Made by a program: the position numbers and the translations under genes. This document shows, one piece after another, positions 1 through 10,008 of a stretch of DNA of 33,996 bases (position 1 is its first letter; each line of letters begins with the position of its first letter). The stretch is from positions 1-33,996 of the forward strand of contig LT649354.1 of the NCBI GenBank assembly GCA_900128395.1. Direction: 5' to 3'. The notes beneath the pieces are model-generated. The model searched no databases, was not told where the DNA came from, and was given only the letters and a program-made list of their open reading frames with translations. The stretch is from Stramenopiles sp. TOSAG23-2. Its lineage: Eukaryota.

Positions 1-480
1 ATTTGTACCTTCAGCTTTTGGCGTACTTCGTACTAGCATTTCTGGCCTGCCAGTACCTAACACTGGCAATTTTAACTTTTTACCACTAAATTTCTTTTTT
101 GCCAATTCAATGCAAAACTTTAATGGCTTTATCCAATTTTTATGCTTTTTCCAATCTTTGCTACCTGCTAATTTTACTTGAAACGCTAAAGCAAGTTTAA
201 AATCACGTTGATCTAAAGCAAATCCAAGCTGTTTTAAATATTTTTTCGAATCGTCTGTTAATTTTTTACCACCATCTTCACCGTAGATCTTTTTTAATAA
301 TGCAGCACCTTTTTTCACTTCACGCAATTGTCTTTTTTCAGTGCCACCACTAATGCCAGCATTTTCAATATCTTCCACCATATCATTTAATGCCTCCACA
401 ATTTCACGAGGCTCCGTATTACTTCTAGCCTCCAGCTTTGGCGTCGTTTCTTCTTCCTTCTTTTCTTTACATTTTCCTTT
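1..480 (-). CDS. Partial CDS running off the left edge, with an SRA1/Sec31 C-terminal-like helical domain; 5' end unresolved
   Basis: The frame is open from 480 to 1 and is not in the ORF track: KEKKEEETTPK...EIVEALNDMVEDIE...EKRQLREVKKGAALL...KKLTDDSKKYLKQLGFALDQRDFKLALAFQVKLAGSKDWKKHKNWIKPLKFCIELAKK...EGTN. The pattern L..L..ALD..DF..AL..QV.L....W.....W...LK matches the Sec31 C-terminal/SRA1 domain as recalled. The first in-frame ATG is at 381 and there is a TGA at 483-481. Confidence 0.7.
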
Positions 481-869
481 TCATTTTTTTTTTCATCAGC
501 AAAAAAAATCATCATAACGGAGTACTCCATGTATATTTAGGCTAGAAATAGCATTGTAAAACCTTAAAAATACTCTGACTCGAAATATAGAAGCCACACA
601 GCACTAAATATGCACAGCAGGCGGCACACCTGGCACATCATCGTCATCAAATTGAAAACTTGACGCAGATGAATCCCAGGCAAAGATCTTTTGTTATCAG
701 ATATTATAGAATATAATAATATTTGGTATTTAATTCCCGGATAAACGTGTTGTTTGAGCCATGCCACCCAGTATATAAGATTATTGCAATCATTTTTGTA
801 TATATTTGTTGATATATTCCATTTCCCTATTTGTATATCCCTTGTGAGCAAACAAAAGTATAAAGAAAC

Positions 870-1868
870 ATGGGGCAATGCATACGAAAGGCAAAAAAGA
901 TATGTGAAAAATATATGCCGAAACAATGTGGTGGTCGAAAATATGAATATAATAATAAGAAAAGCTATAGAAATAAGAATAATAATGATGGTGGGATTGT
1001 TAATACAGTGCAAAAATTTGTATCATCTATTGTATTTGCACCGAAATATCCTGTGCAGACTAGGAGTCGGAAGCGTATTACATTAGCGCTTGATTTAGAT
1101 GAGACATTAATACATACAACTACATCAGCAAGGCATCAAGTATTTAGCAATGGTAGAAAAGTTTTTCCAGACCTCGTTTTGGAGGTACCAGTACAAGGTA
1201 GATATTGTATTTTTTATGTTTATATGAGGCCATATTTACATACATTTTTAAGAGAAATATCAAAATGGTTTGAAGTTGTTATTTTTACTGCAAGTGAACG
1301 TAGATATGCTGAACCTCTTGTACAAAGAATTGGTATGTAGATATACATATACACACACACACATATAGGACTATACACATTCTATATATATATATATATA
1401 TATAACTTTTCTAACAATATTATAATTATTATTATATTATTACTGATATATCAATATTTATATCATACAGACATTGGAGCCACAATATCAAGAATGTTTT
1501 TTCGTGATTCTTGTACACGTGTAGATGGTCAATATTATGTAAAAGATTTAAAAACTATACGTGCAGATCTATCGAAAATTATTTTAATTGATAATTCGCC
1601 TGTAGCATATAGTATGAATCCAGAAAATGCATTGCCTTGTTCAACATGGGAAGGTGATCCTGACGATACTGAATTATTATCATTATTGCCAATACTTGCA
1701 TCAATACAATCATCGACAAAAGATGTACGTAATATATTGTCTTTAAGATTATTCAACCCGAATAACGTCAATAGCAACAATAATATGAATCATAAGAATA
1801 AGAATACTATGCAACAATACAATCATTCTGATTCTTTTGTGCATGTTTTTGATCAATATAGTACTTAA
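870..1868 (+). CDS. FCP/SCP-family HAD phosphatase, CTDNEP1(Dullard)/Nem1-like; 2 exons (870-1332, 1471-1868)
   Basis: Contains the DLDETL catalytic motif, RPY...FL..ISKWFEVVIFTAS, YVKDL, ILIDNSP and a C-terminal DTELLSLLP...DVRNIL. Splicing joins RI-D-IGATISRMFFRDSC in frame (861 nt, 286 aa). The N-terminus is MGQC. Confidence 0.9.
1333..1470 (+). other. Canonical GT-AG spliceosomal intron (138 nt)
   Basis: Donor G|GTATGT, branch-like TACTGAT at 1441 and acceptor TACAG|. Removing it fuses the two phosphatase ORFs in frame. Confidence 0.9.
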
Positions 1869-2175
1869 TAATGAAGTAACTAATGATATATAATATATAT
1901 ATATATGCTATATTGGTATGATATACATAAAGCTCTTTCATTTTTCATGAAATGTGTGAGAGAGAAAAAGATATAATGATGGAGAGTTTTAGATTTTTGA
2001 CTCCCAGTGTACAAAAGACTTTTTTTTTAAAAAATAAAAAAGAACCCCCGTTTTTAAAATAATAAATCCATCATATTAAAATATAATTCAATATTAAATT
2101 AATGTTCGTAATATACACACCTACACACTTCCTTTACTTTTTTATGTTTTTACACACACAACATTTCATATCACA

Positions 2176-3954
2176 CTATAATAAGTGCTCTCTTAATGGA
2201 ACGAAAAAGCTTCGTATTTTTTTCTGTAATATTTCATTATTATTATTTGATGTATTGCTACAATCAACGATACTATTTTCGTTCCTATTATTATTATTAT
2301 CATTATTGACAATATCATTAACTTGAATCAAGGCATGGTTCAATGTTGAATTTAAACTTGCTTTAAATGTTTTAATATTCTGCGAGCTTTGTTTTTGTAC
2401 AAATTGCATTGCTTTTAACGTTTGATGTTTTGATATGCTATCCTCTGGTTTGGTATTCTCAGCTTTTTTTCTTCGTATTTGTTCTTTTTCTAATAATGTA
2501 TTTAATAAACTCATTTTATTTTTCAATTGGCTATTTTCATGTTGCAAATCTTTTAACAATTGGCAGTCCTTTTTCTTCTTATTATTAATAGAATTTTTTT
2601 CTGAAGTAACCATCATTTCTTTTTTTAACTTTTGCTTCAATTCATCAATAATTATATTTTTTCCTAAAACTTCATTTTTTAACCGTGTTAACTCCTTCTC
2701 ACCAAAAGCGAAGATACGTTTATTTGAATTTTTTTCTTTCATTAGATCTTTTTCATTTCGAATCTTCATATTTTTTATTTTTTTCTCATACATTTCCAAT
2801 TTGTTCTCGTAATTAGATACATCATCTTGTAATAGTACTAATTCTTTTCGTACAGCAATAACTTCACGATTCTTTGCTTCTTCCAATTTCAAAAATTTTG
2901 CTTTTTCATTTTCATGTGCAGTAAATTGTTGGTCGATCATATTTTTATGCTTCAACTTTAAATCTTCGATTTCATTTTTTAATGTTGAATTATCAAATTG
3001 TAATTTTCTATTACTTTCCATTAAATTGCTATGCAGCTGTTGTACTTTTACGAGTTGATTATTTAATGATAATGTTGTGCTATTTAAATCAATTAAATCT
3101 TGTTGAGAACTTTCTAATGTCGAATTTAATATTACCATTTCTTCACAAATGGTCTTATTCTCAGAAGTTAATGATTTGATTTCTTCTTTGAAAGCTAATG
3201 TTTCAGATTCATGAAATAATTTTATTTCATTCATTTCTGATGTTAAATCATTGATTTTGTTTTGTAACAATTCGTTCGTATTGTTGTTAGAAACGTTTTT
3301 TTCATCATTTTCATTATGATAATTTTCTTCTGTTTTCAAAATAATATGATATTTTTCATTGATTTCTTCCCGTTCTTGTTGATTTTTTAAAATTGAATTG
3401 CTCATATTATTGAGATTCGATGATTCTTCCTCTGTTGATGTTGAATAAATCATTTTTACTTGAGTTTTAAGATAATTTATAGCCGATATAGGTGAGTTAA
3501 CATTTGGTGCTGCTGTGGAAGAAGATATAGCCATCGGTGAAGATGGTTTTGATAAAGCTATTTGAGTCAATTCTGTTATACGTTTTTGAAGTTGTTTATT
3601 TTGCATTGTCAATTTTTTATTCGTTTCACATTTCTTTACATAAAATTTATGTAATTGTTGTCCTTCTTTTTGTAGGTGGTGAATTTGATTTTCGTAATGT
3701 TGTTCTAACTCATCTTCTGCTGCATTATTTAAGATATTATTCTCATCGTCGTCATCGTCATCGCTACTAAATCTTAAACTTTCCATATCACTAAATTCAA
3801 AGGCGGGTGATGATGGAGTGGTTGCTTTTTCTGTTGAAATATTAGGTTTATGTTGTTTTGAAGAAGTCTTAACAGCACTTTTTACATTGTCGTTATTTCT
3901 TATCACATTATTTCCTACAATACTATTATTATTCTCATTCATCATCATCATCAT
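2176..3954 (-). CDS. Long coiled-coil protein, function unknown
   Basis: A ~590-codon ORF rich in K/E/N/L/Q with heptad periodicity. The first true ATG (MMMMMNENN) is at 3954; the ORF-track start at 3981 is TTG. Confidence 0.8.
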   Translation of the reverse strand: MMMMMNENNNSIVGNNVIRNNDNVKSAVKTSSKQHKPNISTEKATTPSSPAFEFSDMESLRFSSDDDDDDENNILNNAAEDELEQHYENQIHHLQKEGQQLHKFYVKKCETNKKLTMQNKQLQKRITELTQIALSKPSSPMAISSSTAAPNVNSPISAINYLKTQVKMIYSTSTEEESSNLNNMSNSILKNQQEREEINEKYHIILKTEENYHNENDEKNVSNNNTNELLQNKINDLTSEMNEIKLFHESETLAFKEEIKSLTSENKTICEEMVILNSTLESSQQDLIDLNSTTLSLNNQLVKVQQLHSNLMESNRKLQFDNSTLKNEIEDLKLKHKNMIDQQFTAHENEKAKFLKLEEAKNREVIAVRKELVLLQDDVSNYENKLEMYEKKIKNMKIRNEKDLMKEKNSNKRIFAFGEKELTRLKNEVLGKNIIIDELKQKLKKEMMVTSEKNSINNKKKKDCQLLKDLQHENSQLKNKMSLLNTLLEKEQIRRKKAENTKPEDSISKHQTLKAMQFVQKQSSQNIKTFKASLNSTLNHALIQVNDIVNNDNNNNRNENSIVDCSNTSNNNNEILQKKIRSFFVPLREHLL

Positions 3955-4478
3955 CAATATTTTGAATAAAAACAGATTCAAAAAATAATATTATTGTTAT
4001 TACTAATCTAAGTATCTATCTATCTCTCTCTCTCTCCTATTGATTTTGAAGAAGTTTTCATCTAAGTGACTTACTATAAATGTACATATAATTGTCTGGT
4101 ATATTCTTCTCTTTTACCACTGTGTTTATGTTGTATTAATATCTTTTTCCAGCCTTTTTCGTCGCAAAAAGAAGAAGATTTTTATAACGTTTCTTTCAGA
4201 GATAATTATGACCACAGTGCTATGCCCTGCTAAAAACAGTCGTGGTAGGGAATAAGACATAAGAATACAAACAAGTATAAGAAACAAGGCGCAAATCATC
4301 AGCGAAAAGGTACTTGGTATATTCGTTTTTATAATATACGGTCTATAACTAATAAAAGTATATATATATGTACCTGTATGTGTGTGTGTGTGTATGTTTG
4401 TGTTTGCATATATATTGTTGTAAAGACAAAACAGAAAAGGAATTGATAAGGTACATAAAATAAACCAACATTGATATA

Positions 4479-6293
4479 ATGTCAGAGGAAAATGAATCTA
4501 AGATAGAGCAGAAAGAATCCTTCAAAGAGGATGAGACGAAGGAGGATAATATTCCATCCATGAAAAATAATAGATTTAAAGGTATCAATATTGACCGTTC
4601 CCCACCTAGTGATGAATATATCGAGTTTATAGAAAGTATTGATCCTGAAAAAGCAAATAGAGCTGCGGGTATTATTCAAGGTGGAATATACCACATGTTT
4701 AAAGCACGTGCAATTGTTAGGGAAAAAATACATGAAACATATGAAATGGTATGGGATGATTCATTACAACGTTGGTACTTTTTTAATAGTAAAACAGGGA
4801 CAAGTAGTTGGGAAGAACCAATATTAATGCGTTCAGTTGGTCGTGTAGAACTATTAACACCAAGAACTAGAGAAAACATGATGTATAAAAAACAAACAGG
4901 CAAATGGAAAACAGCTAAAGATATGACAGAGGATGAAGCAGCACGAAAAATACAAGGTGCATGGAGATCCAAAGTTGCATTAAGAAATGTACGGGAAATG
5001 GTTAAGAAACAATATGAACGTGTATATGATCAAGATAGTAACCGTTACTTTTATTTTAATACCCGTACACAAGAATCATTTTGGGAACGGCCGAAAATTT
5101 TAGGTTCAGATGAAGTCCCATTGACACCACGTAGTCAGGTTATAGTAGATCAATTATTTGCACAAACGGATCAGCAACAAGGAGGATATGATCAGCAGCA
5201 AATGCAACAACAACAACAACAACAACCAATAGATGAAGGTAAACAACAAGCTACAATAGATGAATCAAAAATGATGGATCAAGTAAGACCGATGACAAGT
5301 GAATCAAATGTTCGACCAATGACAAGTGAATCAAATCTGCGACCGATGACAGGTGAAAGCTCAATGCCATCTAGAAGCACAAATCGCATGGATGATGATG
5401 ATTCAGATGCTGAATCAGATGAGGATGGCGATAGACCAGAAACTGCTATGACAAAATATAGTAATAAACAAGCAGTTTTAAGCTTAGAAGATCAAGAAGC
5501 AATCAAAACGCAGCAATTGAATGATTTTTTAGAATCAGAAGATTTAGAAGATTACAAAGAACAATTAATAGAAGAAGGATTTGATGATATGGAAGCTTTA
5601 TTAGCAATTTTAAGTGAAGATGTCGATGAAATGGGTTTTGAATTAGCAGCAAAACGTAAATTATTAAGCGCAATTGAAAAATTTCGCGAAGATGCTGGCC
5701 TTGATAGTCCAGATGAGGAAGACAGTGATGAAGAAATTTCAAGAGAATCGATAAGTGATAGTGATAGTGATGAGGATGAATTTGATGCAGAGGCTAGATT
5801 AAAAGGTCTGCGAGATGAAGATGAAAGTGATGATGCATTATCAGATGACGATGATAGACCTGATTTAACAGGAATTACTGTTGAAACTAAATTCAAAGGA
5901 GATGGTCAAAATAAAGCGATGTTTGGTCAAATTGTACGTGTCCATTATACCGCAACATTAGAAGGTAGTAAAAAGCCATTTGAAGATAGTAGAGAACGTG
6001 GTCGTGCATTTGAGTTTAAATTAGGTGCTAGTCAAGTTGTTCCGGGATGGGAAAATGTGATACGAACGATGACATTTGGGCAACGAGCTGAAGTGACGAT
6101 GGAACCACAATGTACGTATGGGGATAGAGGACATCCACCAGTTATACCACCTGGTGCAACTATTATTTTTGATATACAATTTATACGTGCTTATTATGCA
6201 GATGCAGATGCTGCATATGAACACCAAGGCTTGGCTGGCGATATTATGATTGGAAGTGGTGGTAAAGAACCGACAGGTGGAGGGGTATACTAA
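4479..6293 (+). CDS. Multidomain peptidyl-prolyl isomerase: (IQ-WW)x2, RPMT repeats, SAM domain, C-terminal FKBP domain
   Basis: IQ-like motifs AAGIIQG..FKAR and AARKIQGAWRSK. WW-like motifs YFFNSKTGTSSWEEP and YFNTRTQESFWERP. SAM-like LNDFLESEDLEDYKEQLIEEGFDDMEALL...EMGFELAAKRKLLSAIEKF. FKBP VRVHYTATLEG..F..SRERG..F.F.LG...VVPGWE...YG.RGHPPVIPPGATIIFDI. Confidence 0.9.
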   Translation: MSEENESKIEQKESFKEDETKEDNIPSMKNNRFKGINIDRSPPSDEYIEFIESIDPEKANRAAGIIQGGIYHMFKARAIVREKIHETYEMVWDDSLQRWYFFNSKTGTSSWEEPILMRSVGRVELLTPRTRENMMYKKQTGKWKTAKDMTEDEAARKIQGAWRSKVALRNVREMVKKQYERVYDQDSNRYFYFNTRTQESFWERPKILGSDEVPLTPRSQVIVDQLFAQTDQQQGGYDQQQMQQQQQQQPIDEGKQQATIDESKMMDQVRPMTSESNVRPMTSESNLRPMTGESSMPSRSTNRMDDDDSDAESDEDGDRPETAMTKYSNKQAVLSLEDQEAIKTQQLNDFLESEDLEDYKEQLIEEGFDDMEALLAILSEDVDEMGFELAAKRKLLSAIEKFREDAGLDSPDEEDSDEEISRESISDSDSDEDEFDAEARLKGLRDEDESDDALSDDDDRPDLTGITVETKFKGDGQNKAMFGQIVRVHYTATLEGSKKPFEDSRERGRAFEFKLGASQVVPGWENVIRTMTFGQRAEVTMEPQCTYGDRGHPPVIPPGATIIFDIQFIRAYYADADAAYEHQGLAGDIMIGSGGKEPTGGGVY

Positions 6294-6427
6294 AAAAATA
6301 TTTGATCTACCCTCGTATATTGTGATAGATGACATATGATATTAATATTTACTTTCGTACAACGTTTTAAATAAAAAAATATTATATATACGAAAACACA
6401 TATTTTACACACACAGACATACTGACA

Positions 6428-7207
6428 CTACAACCCATCATCATTATTTGTATTAAAAATGTTTTTCTTATTGTTATCACCACTGTCTTCATTATCTAAA
6501 TTTAATGTTCTTGTTCTAATTTCTTCTTGTTTTTTTAAAATACTTGGTTCTAATAGCATACCAAATGTCTCTGCCCCTTCTTTCAAGGTCATAAAACGTA
6601 TTGATTCAGGATCTAACATAGATTCTTCATCATTTGGTGATAATAAACTTGTTGATACAGATAAATTTGGGCAAAAAAAATCATCTAACTCTCGACAAGA
6701 TGGAGGATCGATGTAATACAATAATGTGTTTAAAAAATTTTGCAATGCTTCTTGTCGATCCTTTATAGCACGATCATTCATACTACCAAACCAACTTTTA
6801 GGTGGTAGTTCCCCCATTTTTTCTGTATTATGCCAATTATTTTTTTTTAATTTTTTCACAAGTTCATCAAATTCACTATACCTTCGATAAATACTATAAG
6901 TTTTCATATCAATATTTTGAATATTAGGATTTGTGACAAAAATTCGATATGCAATGAAAGACTTCTTCTCAGCTTTGAATTCTTTGCATTCTGGTATTGC
7001 AATTGACCAACCTGATTTACTATCTGTTGGAATCAATTTGGAAAATTTTGCTTTTGTATTTGCTAAATAATCTTCCACTTTATCTATATGAAATGACTCG
7101 CCAGTATCTAAATTTTTGACAATAAAATTTTGAAAAAATGCATCATTTGCTTTATCTAACGTTTGTTTATCATTGGTATGTTTGTTATTGTTTGTGATAC
7201 TTGTCAT
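6428..7207 (-). CDS. PX (phox homology) domain protein
   Basis: PX hallmarks are present: Y.I.V, RRYSEFDEL..KL, the proline-rich loop LPPKSWFG and R..ALQNFL..LL. There is an N-terminal FIVKNLDTGE motif. Confidence 0.88.
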   Translation of the reverse strand: MTSITNNNKHTNDKQTLDKANDAFFQNFIVKNLDTGESFHIDKVEDYLANTKAKFSKLIPTDSKSGWSIAIPECKEFKAEKKSFIAYRIFVTNPNIQNIDMKTYSIYRRYSEFDELVKKLKKNNWHNTEKMGELPPKSWFGSMNDRAIKDRQEALQNFLNTLLYYIDPPSCRELDDFFCPNLSVSTSLLSPNDEESMLDPESIRFMTLKEGAETFGMLLEPSILKKQEEIRTRTLNLDNEDSGDNNKKNIFNTNNDDGL

Positions 7208-7599
7208 GATCTATATTGCATTTGTTTCTTTTTTGTTCATATGTTGTATATCATTATTTTTGTACTTATATATTTCTATTCTTATAGCTATTATCAATAA
7301 TATATATTAGCACATTATTCTTCTTCGATTTTAATTTGAATGATTTATAGATTGAAGCATTGAACAACAACAACAACAAAAAAAAACCAGAAAAAAAAAA
7401 CACCACCAAAACCACAGCAGCACAAACCAGCAAACACAGGCCAACCAGGCCAACCACCGAACACACCACATTTTTTATTTTTTATTTTGTGTAATAATTA
7501 TTCATCTATTAGAAATAGAAACAGATATACATACTGTACCAACATCATATATATATATATAAACTATCATCAATTAGAAACAATCATAAAATAGGAAAT

Positions 7600-10008
7600 A
7601 TGACATCAATTATTAAAGAGACAAAACAAAAAAGAACAAGGAAACGACCTGGACGAAAAGAAAGAAGAAGAAAACGACAAGAAGAAGCAAAAAATAATAA
7701 TGGCAGTGCAATTTCAAATATTAATAAAAATATAACTGATTTAAATATAAATAAAAGCAATGTTATTATTGTCCAATCTCCTATGAAGATTTGGTTATTG
7801 AAACATAGTGGTGAGGCTGATGAAGTGCCAGATGAAATATGCGATTATATTAAATCAATGGCTTCCGATACATCGGTTGATATTGAAGATGTAATAAATG
7901 TGATACAACAATTTATACCTGCTTTCTCAACAAATTTAACTAGTGCAGAACAACATGAAGAAGTGCAAATATTATTAAATATAATTCAAAATAAAAATAA
8001 TGACAATGATAATAATGACGCAAGCAAACCAGTTAAACGAGTCTATGAAACAGTTGAACGTCCAAAAATTACTGATAATTTTTTAGATTTATCAAAAATT
8101 GATCAAAGAAAATCATGGATGCGTAATAAAATAATTGATGAAAAACAACAAGGAAAATGGAAAGATAAAAAATCAAATATTAAAAAACAATTACAGGAGG
8201 AAAATAAAGAAAAAAGTAATGATATGTTAAACAATGGTTTAAGCAACTTTGAAGATTGTAATTTTAGCACGTTAAATAAAAATAATAGTAATAATAACTC
8301 CTCATCTGATATATGTGTTCGATTAAATGCAGTAGAAATGAGGTATGATGCTAGTCAATTATTACGAGAAAGTGATGTTACATTTTTAACAAATCATCGA
8401 TATGGATTAATTGGTCAAAATGGTGTAGGAAAATCAACACTTTTATATTGGGTGGAAAAAATAGCAAAAGAAAATATGTCTGTATTATATGTTGCCCAAG
8501 AAGCTGTAGGAGATGATACAAGTGCAATTAATGCTGTGAAGCAAAGTGATGAAATTACAACAAAATTAATCAAACGGGAACAAGAATTATTAAAACAATT
8601 AAATGATACAAGTGGAGGAAACAATGATCATGTAAATACTTTAGAAATTGAGAAAATTACGGAGGAAATGAAACAAATATCAACAGAATTAGAGCAACGC
8701 GATGCATCTTCAGCACATTCACGTGCAGCATTAATTTTACATGGCTTGTCATTTACTACAGAAATGCAAAATGCACCTACATCATCACTTTCCGGTGGAT
8801 GGAGAATGCGATTGGCATTAGCATCTGCATTATTTCTCCAACCGTCGTTATTATTATTAGATGAACCGACAAATCATTTAGATTTACATGCAGTTGTATG
8901 GCTCGGTCAATATTTAAAACAGTGGCCAACAACATTAGTTTGCATTTCACATGATTCATCGTTTTTAAATGAAGTTTGTACTGATATTGTTGAAATGAGA
9001 AATAAATGTTTAAGCTTTTATAAAGGTAATTTTCAAACCTACCAAACAACTGCTGCTGATAGATATTTACATCGTAAACGGGAATACGATCGACAACAAG
9101 AAGATATTGTGCATAAGCAACAATTTGTTGATAAATGGATCAATAATAAATTCGGATATAACGCTGGATTAGTTCAAAGTCGATTGAAAGAATTGAAAAA
9201 AATGAGAGCAGGTGGTGAATTGCATATAGAAAAGCCATTAGCACCTGGAAGTATGCGTAGATTTAAATTTCCTCTTCCAGATAAAGTTGGATTGACTAAT
9301 CCAATCATAAAATTAAATGATGTAACATTTAGGTATCCAAATAATTCTAACGATAAAACAGAAAATAGGAACCCATTGTTGTTTAAAGATCAATCCTTGC
9401 AAATCAATTTAAAAAACAGAATATGTATTGTCGGTCCAAATGGAACTGGTAAATCTACCTTGTTAAAGTTGATAATTGGTGAAAAACTTGGTGGATTAAG
9501 ACCAATTGATGGTTGTGTAGTAAGCAAAGGGAAATTAAAATTTGCATGGTTTCACCAACATTTTGCTGAGCAGATTAATATGAAAAAATGCCCATTAGAA
9601 GAAATGCGTTTATTAATGGGTGTTAAAGTCACTGAGCAAGAATTAAGAAGACGATTAGGTGCATTTGGTATAAACGCAGAGTTAGCAATCCGTTCGAATC
9701 AATTATTAAGTGGTGGACAAAAAGCAAGATTAGCATTTGCAAAATTAGTTTACAATAATCCACACGTATTAATTTTAGATGAACCTACAAATCATTTAGA
9801 CATTGAATCAATTGAAGCAATTGGGAAAGGATTGTGTGATTTTCCTGGCACAGTAATATTTGTTTCACATGATGAATATTTTTGTCGTACCGTCGCAACA
9901 GAATTTTGGCAATGTAAAAAAGAATTAGGCACAATTACACAATTGCATATTGGATTTGATCAATATAAAAATAGTATTTTAAGTGCATTGAAAGAAAATG
10001 AGTTTTGA
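7600..10008 (+). CDS. ABCF3: ABC-F family soluble ATPase, ABCF3/GCN20-like
   Basis: Two nucleotide-binding domains and no transmembrane helices. Walker A GQNGVGKS and GPNGTGKS, signatures LSGGWRMR and LSGGQKAR, DEPTNHLD twice, and H-loop SHD twice. The N-terminal PDEICDYI helical segment resembles GCN20/ABCF3, but the paralogue assignment is tentative. Confidence 0.9.
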   Translation: MTSIIKETKQKRTRKRPGRKERRRKRQEEAKNNNGSAISNINKNITDLNINKSNVIIVQSPMKIWLLKHSGEADEVPDEICDYIKSMASDTSVDIEDVINVIQQFIPAFSTNLTSAEQHEEVQILLNIIQNKNNDNDNNDASKPVKRVYETVERPKITDNFLDLSKIDQRKSWMRNKIIDEKQQGKWKDKKSNIKKQLQEENKEKSNDMLNNGLSNFEDCNFSTLNKNNSNNNSSSDICVRLNAVEMRYDASQLLRESDVTFLTNHRYGLIGQNGVGKSTLLYWVEKIAKENMSVLYVAQEAVGDDTSAINAVKQSDEITTKLIKREQELLKQLNDTSGGNNDHVNTLEIEKITEEMKQISTELEQRDASSAHSRAALILHGLSFTTEMQNAPTSSLSGGWRMRLALASALFLQPSLLLLDEPTNHLDLHAVVWLGQYLKQWPTTLVCISHDSSFLNEVCTDIVEMRNKCLSFYKGNFQTYQTTAADRYLHRKREYDRQQEDIVHKQQFVDKWINNKFGYNAGLVQSRLKELKKMRAGGELHIEKPLAPGSMRRFKFPLPDKVGLTNPIIKLNDVTFRYPNNSNDKTENRNPLLFKDQSLQINLKNRICIVGPNGTGKSTLLKLIIGEKLGGLRPIDGCVVSKGKLKFAWFHQHFAEQINMKKCPLEEMRLLMGVKVTEQELRRRLGAFGINAELAIRSNQLLSGGQKARLAFAKLVYNNPHVLILDEPTNHLDIESIEAIGKGLCDFPGTVIFVSHDEYFCRTVATEFWQCKKELGTITQLHIGFDQYKNSILSALKENEF

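Noticed and set aside
481-500. Stop-codon reassignment or TGA readthrough to extend the first gene
   Set aside because: TAA, TAG and TGA all terminate genes elsewhere in the window, and none of the long conserved ORFs contain in-frame stops.
564-1086. ORF-track entries 564..1013(-) and 754..1086(+)
   Set aside because: They are shadow or overlapping frames of the phosphatase gene with no recognisable motifs.
1328-1477. ATTGG direct repeat and GTATG/CATAC complementarity at the phosphatase intron, read as TSD/TIR
   Set aside because: The matches are only 5 nt, and the Asp codon lying between the repeats corresponds to a conserved residue of the family, so chance is sufficient.
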